From a virus: a stretch of DNA of 64,000 nt. The translations under genes and the position numbers were made by a program. Where the stretch lies: IMG/VR virus record IMGVR_UViG_3300034060_000856, positions 1 through 64,000 of that record; one strand, given 5' to 3'. The stretch's first letter is position 1, and each line of letters starts with the position of its first letter. The notes beneath the pieces are model-generated. The model saw nothing but the letters and a program-made list of their open reading frames with translations, had not been told where the DNA came from and made no database searches. This document shows, in pieces, positions 58,230 to 64,000 of the stretch.

Positions 58230-60248
58230 ATGGGTAAATGTAAAGGTAAAATAGTAGACTGTGATGGACCATATGATTGTTATGATCCGTCTGATGATGA
58301 ATGCTATAAAAATGTTGGTAATTCAAAACCACAACCAGTGCCAGATAATAATAAGAAAAAAACAACTCCGATACCAGCACCAGTACCAAAAAATGTCTGT
58401 AAGGATGACTACGGTATTGAAATATCTGATAAATTTTTCGATCCGGAAATGAAAACAGAAAGGGGTATTAAAGCTTTTAAAGACTTTTTAAAAAAATATT
58501 ATCCAGAGTTAGTAACAAGAATTGCAGGTAGTCCAGATAATTTAGATAAAGCTAAATATAATGATTGTATTGTTATTAAACTTTTCAATACATCTGATCC
58601 AGTAAGAAACAGAATTATTGGTGATTATGTGTATGATGATTGGAAGGACTTTGTTAATGGTTGGGAAAACTCAACAAGTAAAACACCTGAAGAATTTCAA
58701 ACCTGGTTGAGGCGTGAAAAAAAATCAAGTGGGAAAATAAACGCAACAAAAGAAGATTGGGAAAAAATAGTTGGCGAGGGTTGGTTTTCATCTGGAGGAA
58801 GAATATCAGAAATAAACAACAATACGGTTCTTCTATATAAGTACGATTCTCAAGATAATATACTTAAATTTGATGCTTTAACCGAAACAGGTGAACTTGA
58901 TTTTGAAAAGATCAAATCTGATTTAGAAGTTAAGGATGGTAGTATTAGTTATTATTATAATACATACCCAGTTGATTATACTGGTGATGTATTATACCCT
59001 AAAATTTCTGATGAATATCAACTCTATTTAGGTGAAACAGGTTCTTTAAGAACAAAGAAAACAGCAACTATTGGTCTTGAGAGTCCTGTTGTACTTAAAG
59101 AAAACTATTTTAGAAAATTTCTTTTAGAAAAAATAAGAGAAAAGAATGTATATAAGACTATTTTTGTTGAGGATATAAAAACACCACAGACATCACAACC
59201 AACTGTTATTGGAAAACGTGGTGGTACTAAAATCAATACTGAAACAAAAACAGAAACAGATGTTTTCGGGTTAAACAATCCAGAAAATAATTTGGTAACT
59301 ACCGAAGCAAAAAAGAATTTCATTAATACTAAAACACCAACGATTCAAATTCTAATTAATAGAGGTGCGAGATCAAATGACTTTTTAGCTTGGAATACAC
59401 TAGCTGCTTCATTGGATGCTACAGAATTGACATATAAAGATAAAGACGGTAAAGACATAACAATTGATGAAAATAATTCATTTAATGTTGGCGAACCAGC
59501 ACAAAAGGGTCAATATACTGAACAACCATTTTATAATGTTTTAAATATAACCGGTAACGAATTAAACACCGGAAAAATTTACACACCAATATCGGTTACA
59601 AATAAACAACCATATATAGATGTTAAAGTAAGTATTCCTTTTTGTAGAACACAATTAATTAATTATTTAAAAGACGGTTTAAGTCAAAATTATTCAGGTA
59701 ATCCCCAACAAAATTGGAATAGAAAATATGAAATCTGTGGTTGTAACCAAAGAGGTGGATATGAACCATTTAAATTCTATCGTAAATTACCACAATTCGG
59801 AAAAAATCAAACTGGTCGTGAAAAACTAGATGTAAGACCAAATTCTTCTGTCTTTACTCAAACTGACAAGATTATAAATCCGGAAACGGGAGAGGAAGAA
59901 GTTTTTGTTGGTGATGTTGGGGGATCAGCGTCTCCATTTATACCGGTACTCAATAAGAAATTAAATTGGGAAGAAATAAAAAACATACTTAGCGGTGGGA
60001 TTTATAAAAGTAGAGATGGTGTTAATAGAACAATTGATTCAGAATTAGTTATAGCTGGTTTTGACGAAGGTGGTGATTGTGTAAGTAATAAATTTATAAG
60101 TGCATACCCATATAAACCAACAACAGAAATACAAAAAGAATCATTTGATGAAAGAATTGATAATAAACTTTTAGAGTCAATTAAAGATAAAAATAAAAAA
60201 GAAAGTATAATAGAGAACGTTCTTAAAAATTTACTAAAAGATAAATAA
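58230..60248 (+). CDS. large hypothetical protein
   Basis: 672-aa ORF; internal and C-terminal (L/I)xE clusters. Confidence 0.7.
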   Translation: MGKCKGKIVDCDGPYDCYDPSDDECYKNVGNSKPQPVPDNNKKKTTPIPAPVPKNVCKDDYGIEISDKFFDPEMKTERGIKAFKDFLKKYYPELVTRIAGSPDNLDKAKYNDCIVIKLFNTSDPVRNRIIGDYVYDDWKDFVNGWENSTSKTPEEFQTWLRREKKSSGKINATKEDWEKIVGEGWFSSGGRISEINNNTVLLYKYDSQDNILKFDALTETGELDFEKIKSDLEVKDGSISYYYNTYPVDYTGDVLYPKISDEYQLYLGETGSLRTKKTATIGLESPVVLKENYFRKFLLEKIREKNVYKTIFVEDIKTPQTSQPTVIGKRGGTKINTETKTETDVFGLNNPENNLVTTEAKKNFINTKTPTIQILINRGARSNDFLAWNTLAASLDATELTYKDKDGKDITIDENNSFNVGEPAQKGQYTEQPFYNVLNITGNELNTGKIYTPISVTNKQPYIDVKVSIPFCRTQLINYLKDGLSQNYSGNPQQNWNRKYEICGCNQRGGYEPFKFYRKLPQFGKNQTGREKLDVRPNSSVFTQTDKIINPETGEEEVFVGDVGGSASPFIPVLNKKLNWEEIKNILSGGIYKSRDGVNRTIDSELVIAGFDEGGDCVSNKFISAYPYKPTTEIQKESFDERIDNKLLESIKDKNKKESIIENVLKNLLKDK

Positions 60249-60255
60249 TAAGAAA

Positions 60256-60354
60256 CTTGTTTGGTGTAGTTACCGAATAAGGATAAACCATCTAAAGAAA
60301 GGGAGGTGTTCAGTTTATCTAGCAGAATAGGAGCTTAGGTTCCTATTTTGTTTT
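60256..60354 (+). ncRNA. putative structured RNA with an anti-16S-tail segment, ending in a terminator
   Basis: 11-bp hairpin 60256-81; gataaac/gtttatc stem enclosing AGAAAGGGAGGTGTTC; terminator 60323-54. Confidence 0.55.
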
Positions 60355-60388
60355 AAGGTTGGGCTATATTTATTATTAAATATCTTTT

Positions 60389-60985
60389 ATGTTTTCAGTG
60401 GTAATACCAACAATGTGGCAAAGTGAATATCTTTTACTTATGCTACCAATATACGAAAATTGTGATTTAGTAGTGGAAGTCATATTGATAGATAATGCTT
60501 TTGAAAAAAAACCGAATTTAACAGATTTTAAAAAAATTAGATATTATTCAGAATTTAAAAATATTTTTGTAAACCCAGCATGGAATGTTGGTTACAAACT
60601 GGCTAAACACAAAATCATTTTAGCAAATGATGATATATTAATTGAAAATTTAACAGAAGTTTTACAAGAAATAAAAAATTCTAATTTTGATATTATAGGT
60701 GTTAGTTGGGAGCAAAGTAACACTTTAAGAATTGAAGAGATTGACGAATTTAAAAGATCCGGATTTGGATGTTTTATGTATGTAAAACATTATACAACAA
60801 TTCCAGAAAATTATCTAATATTTAGAGGTGATTATATTTTATTCCAAAATAACACTAGGAGGGGTGAATTATTCAATCCAAAGATAAAAGGTGAAATTGG
60901 TAAAACAAGAAAAAGCGATGAGACACTAAGAGAAATTTCATTAAATGATCTGTGTAAATATTCCCAAAACAATTTAAATGTATGA
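60389..60985 (+). CDS. GT-A (GT2-like) glycosyltransferase
   Basis: SVVIPT, ILIDN, N..VNPAWN.G, LANDD. Confidence 0.85.
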   Translation: MFSVVIPTMWQSEYLLLMLPIYENCDLVVEVILIDNAFEKKPNLTDFKKIRYYSEFKNIFVNPAWNVGYKLAKHKIILANDDILIENLTEVLQEIKNSNFDIIGVSWEQSNTLRIEEIDEFKRSGFGCFMYVKHYTTIPENYLIFRGDYILFQNNTRRGELFNPKIKGEIGKTRKSDETLREISLNDLCKYSQNNLNV

Positions 60986-61953
60986 ATAAAATTTTTGACA
61001 TAACGGTTGTAATCCCAACGTATAATAACATTGAATATCTTGAAGAAATGCTAGAGTCTATAAATAACTCTAAACAAAATTATACAGTTGAGGTTCTAGT
61101 TGGTATTGACGGTTGTAAAAAAACTTTGGACTTTGTTAAAACCAATTTTTTTGACGAGAATGTAAGGTTTCTTTTTTTTGAACAAAATGGTGGCCCGTAT
61201 ACAATAAAAAATACCCTAGTACAAAAAGCAAGTGCGGAAAAAATAATTTTTTTTGATTCTGATGATTTAATGTCAGAAAATTTAATACCAAAAATAATAA
61301 AGACATTGGATTTGTTTAAGATTTGTAAATTTCGTTATAAAAACTTTATTTATAATAAAACTGATAATTATAAACAATCGGTTTCATATGGTGAAGGTGT
61401 TTTTGGTATAACAAAAAGTTTATTTTTAGAAATGAATGGGTTTGAGCCTTGGATTTGTGCTGCAGATAGTGATTTTTGGGGTAGGGTATATAAATCAAAT
61501 GTAAAAGCTAGATTTATAAATGAAATATTAATGCTTCGCAGAATACATAATAATCAATTAACAAAAAGAAATGATACTGGAATGCGATCAACTTTGCGAG
61601 CTTATTATTGGAAATTAAGTAAGTCAAAAAGAGGAAATGGTAACCCATCTTTTTTGAGTGTTCGAAAATACTTTGAAATCCACGATGTTAATTCAGAAAG
61701 ATTAAAATTTGAACAAATTAGTATTTTAAGAAAAAAGGAAGTTCTAATTGAGAGTGTAAAATCGGTATTAATGTCTAACAATTTAATTGTTCCACCATCG
61801 AAACCAAAAAAACAACCTCCAGTCGAGTTAAACTACGATCTTGTAAATAAGTTAATGATAAAAAAATTAAATCAAACTCAAGAACAAGAAAAAAAACCAA
61901 GTTTAATCCCAGATAGACAAAATCTTTTTGATTTAAAAAGAAAAAAGGTTTGA
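60982..61953 (+). CDS. GT2 glycosyltransferase
   Basis: VVIPTYN, IDG, N.GPY...N, FFDSDD, D.DF..R, R.H..Q. Confidence 0.9.
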   Translation: MNKIFDITVVIPTYNNIEYLEEMLESINNSKQNYTVEVLVGIDGCKKTLDFVKTNFFDENVRFLFFEQNGGPYTIKNTLVQKASAEKIIFFDSDDLMSENLIPKIIKTLDLFKICKFRYKNFIYNKTDNYKQSVSYGEGVFGITKSLFLEMNGFEPWICAADSDFWGRVYKSNVKARFINEILMLRRIHNNQLTKRNDTGMRSTLRAYYWKLSKSKRGNGNPSFLSVRKYFEIHDVNSERLKFEQISILRKKEVLIESVKSVLMSNNLIVPPSKPKKQPPVELNYDLVNKLMIKKLNQTQEQEKKPSLIPDRQNLFDLKRKKV

Positions 61954-61993
61954 TATATTATATAATATTTTTTATCTTTATAAAAAAGAAAAT

Positions 61994-62173
61994 ATGTACG
62001 TAATAGTTAAACACATCAAATTAGAGGAAAGTAAAAAAAGAGTTCCTGTTATCTTACTTAATACTCAAAGTGAAATTTGGGAATTTGACACAGAAAAAGA
62101 GGCTGAAAAAATGAGAGAAGTTTTTGAATTAAATTCAGATTCGGGACATATTTACGAAATTAAAAGGATTTAA
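61994..62173 (+). CDS. small protein
   Basis: 59-aa ATG ORF. Confidence 0.6.
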   Translation: MYVIVKHIKLEESKKRVPVILLNTQSEIWEFDTEKEAEKMREVFELNSDSGHIYEIKRI

Positions 62174-62305
62174 TAAAAATGTTATACTATGGAAGAAATA
62201 CTTGAAGAAATCCATTTTGAGTTTGTTGATTCGGACGATTTCATACATTTTATAAAATTATTGGTAGAATTACAACAAACTGAAGATAACTGATATTTAT
62301 TTTAT

Positions 62306-62737
62306 ATGAAAGTAAGATTAACTGAATCAGAATTAGTTTCTTTGATAGAAAAAATCATCAAAGAAGAAAGAACAACTATGGATGATATTAAATACATACA
62401 TCCAGAGACAGGGAAAGAATGTCTTATAAAAGTTGCAAAACACAAATATACAAATAGGTTTGGTGCTGAATATGGATCTATTTTGGTTTGTGATGAATAT
62501 GGTGATGGTGAATATATGACCGTTGCCGAATTACCAATTAATGGTTCTAGTTTTGAAGAGGTGAGTGATATGATATGTAATAATCTTGAACGAGTATTTG
62601 AGATTTTAAACAAAATGTTAGCTGGCGAAAGTGAAGAAATAACAGAAGATTATAGTAAATACAGTAAATGGGATGTTATAGACCAGCCTATTGTTTGTTC
62701 AGGTAGACCAAAAAGGAAAAGAAGTTGGGAAGCTTAG
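62306..62737 (+). CDS. leader-bearing protein
   Basis: MKVRLTESELVSLIEKIIKEE. Confidence 0.8.
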   Translation: MKVRLTESELVSLIEKIIKEERTTMDDIKYIHPETGKECLIKVAKHKYTNRFGAEYGSILVCDEYGDGEYMTVAELPINGSSFEEVSDMICNNLERVFEILNKMLAGESEEITEDYSKYSKWDVIDQPIVCSGRPKRKRSWEA

Positions 62738-63618
62738 TTAATGACAATTAATTTTTGTTTTTCTTTATAAACTAAACAACCAAAAATTCGTTCCATTGCA
62801 TGATTTGGTGATGGTTCGTAAACATAACCACTTGGAAGTGTTGTTAATATTTTATCTATATTATTTGGGGTTAAATATTTTTTTAAAACACTGTTTCTAA
62901 CCCAGAAAACGGTACCACCAACAAAAAAACAATTATTGTGGTTATTAGGTGTGTTAAAAATTCTAAAAATAGAGTTCATTTCTTTAATATTTGTTGAAAA
63001 ATTATTATATTGTTTAAATCCAACCATACCACATTCTGGATTATGTTTAAATTCATTTAAAATATTATTAACTTTTAGTTCGTTTAATAATACACCATCC
63101 ATTAAACGTTTAAACCAACCATTACCTGAATTTTTTGCTGCAACAATACCTTTATTTAAGACACCTCTTGACGGTGTTTGAGTACTACCCAAACCAGCTT
63201 TAGTGTGTATTTTTAATATTAAATCAGTTTTTGGATCTACGTGTTTATAGGTATATAAAAAACCACCAATATCAACACCTTTATTTGGTGAAGATATTAT
63301 TTTAGCGTTTGGTTTAAACTTTTTTATTCTATCCTCAATCAATATATTATTTGTATACTTTCTCTTTTCTTTAATTCCGTGTTTTAAATAGTGTCTAATA
63401 GCTAGAGGTTCTGTTTTAACACCATTTGGTATAAGGTCTGGATTTAAACTTGTGTATTTGGACCAGATAAAATCTGCCGGAAGATTATTGTCAAATTGTG
63501 TTTCTTTTATTGGTAAATTCACATATAAATCATATTCTACTTTTAAATTATTCAAATAAGGTATAATTTCTTCCCACATATTTGTATGATATAAGTGAAT
63601 ACAGACAGCAATTTTCAT
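62734..63618 (-). CDS. RgpF-family rhamnan synthesis glycosyltransferase
   Basis: HLYH..W, N.G.DIGGF, KIHTK, GGT.FW.R, HAMER.FG; inserted Y...NPDL...HY..HG..E.R module. Confidence 0.85.
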   Translation of the reverse strand: MKIAVCIHLYHTNMWEEIIPYLNNLKVEYDLYVNLPIKETQFDNNLPADFIWSKYTSLNPDLIPNGVKTEPLAIRHYLKHGIKEKRKYTNNILIEDRIKKFKPNAKIISSPNKGVDIGGFLYTYKHVDPKTDLILKIHTKAGLGSTQTPSRGVLNKGIVAAKNSGNGWFKRLMDGVLLNELKVNNILNEFKHNPECGMVGFKQYNNFSTNIKEMNSIFRIFNTPNNHNNCFFVGGTVFWVRNSVLKKYLTPNNIDKILTTLPSGYVYEPSPNHAMERIFGCLVYKEKQKLIVIN

Positions 63619-63642
63619 ATTTAATAAATATGTAAAAATAAA

Positions 63643-63674
63643 TTTGGTAGATTAAAAAATTATTTATACTTTTG
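63643..63674 (+). promoter_or_regulatory. Bacteroidota promoter
   Basis: TTTG-N20-TACTTTTG. Confidence 0.75.
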
Positions 63675-63678
63675 TTTT

Positions 63679-63984
63679 ATGATAACATTTAAGGATATAG
63701 AGTTTATACCACATCCAACTGGTGAAGGATCACAAGGACTGATTTTTTTTCCTGGTGGATACGGACTTTCAGTTGTTAGATTTAAACATCCTTATAATGT
63801 CAGATATTCGTCTTACACAGATGATAAAACCTGGGAGGTTGCAATTTTAAAAGGAACAAAAAATCATTGGGATATCTGTTATGATACAGAACTAACAAAT
63901 GATGTTTTGGCTTACCAAACAGAAGAAGATATAAATAAAATAATTAAACACGTTCAAAGATTATATAACGATGAAAATAATTGA
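63679..63984 (+). CDS. conserved phage protein
   Basis: F..GYG.SVV...EVAIL...T.DV.....E. Confidence 0.8.
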   Translation: MITFKDIEFIPHPTGEGSQGLIFFPGGYGLSVVRFKHPYNVRYSSYTDDKTWEVAILKGTKNHWDICYDTELTNDVLAYQTEEDINKIIKHVQRLYNDENN

Positions 63985-64000
63985 GATCACATATCAAGAA

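Noticed and set aside
3502-63181. Many antisense or alternate-frame ORFs in the track (e.g. 3502, 9739, 17570, 25464, 26910, 30400, 56730, 57087, 62302, 62936)
   Set aside because: They are shadows of better-supported genes or RNA elements, with atypical composition and no promoter or start context.
1-64000. Stop-codon reassignment (code 15 or 4) as in some large Bacteroidota phages
   Set aside because: TAG and TGA end genes at sensible positions (3469, 7452, 21316, 1294), and known enzymes are intact in code 11.

Overview
AT-rich, densely coding segment of a large dsDNA (jumbo-type) phage read in the standard genetic code. The host is very likely Bacteroidota: there are at least 7 exact TTTG-N19/20-TAnnTTTG promoters, no SD sequences ahead of genes, and a T9SS type-B CTD protein. 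Recognisable genes: thyA, guaC, nitroreductase, FKBP/SlyD-type PPIase, acyl-CoA thioesterase, metallophosphoesterase, amidase endolysin, two M23 peptidases, lysozyme-LysM, three HNH nucleases, several glycosyltransferases and a methyltransferase. No capsid, terminase, polymerase, tRNA, CRISPR array or reverse transcriptase was seen. The main unexplained structure is about 40 otherwise unrelated ORFs that share a few short N-terminal leaders ending in (I/L)xE, mostly behind a TATTTAT motif. These look like a protease-cleaved capsid-targeting system loading many shuffled payloads, including a large 'RR' paralogue family. Other highlights: a ~2.7 kb gene-poor control region (26.0-28.65 kb) holding a structured ~145-nt RNA with a 21/22-nt complement 1.4 kb away next to an HNH cluster; a structured RNA carrying an orphan complement of the Bacteroidota 16S 3' end (60.25-60.35 kb); and a three-gene T9SS-type secreted cassette. 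All functional assignments come from motif recognition by eye; no searches were run.
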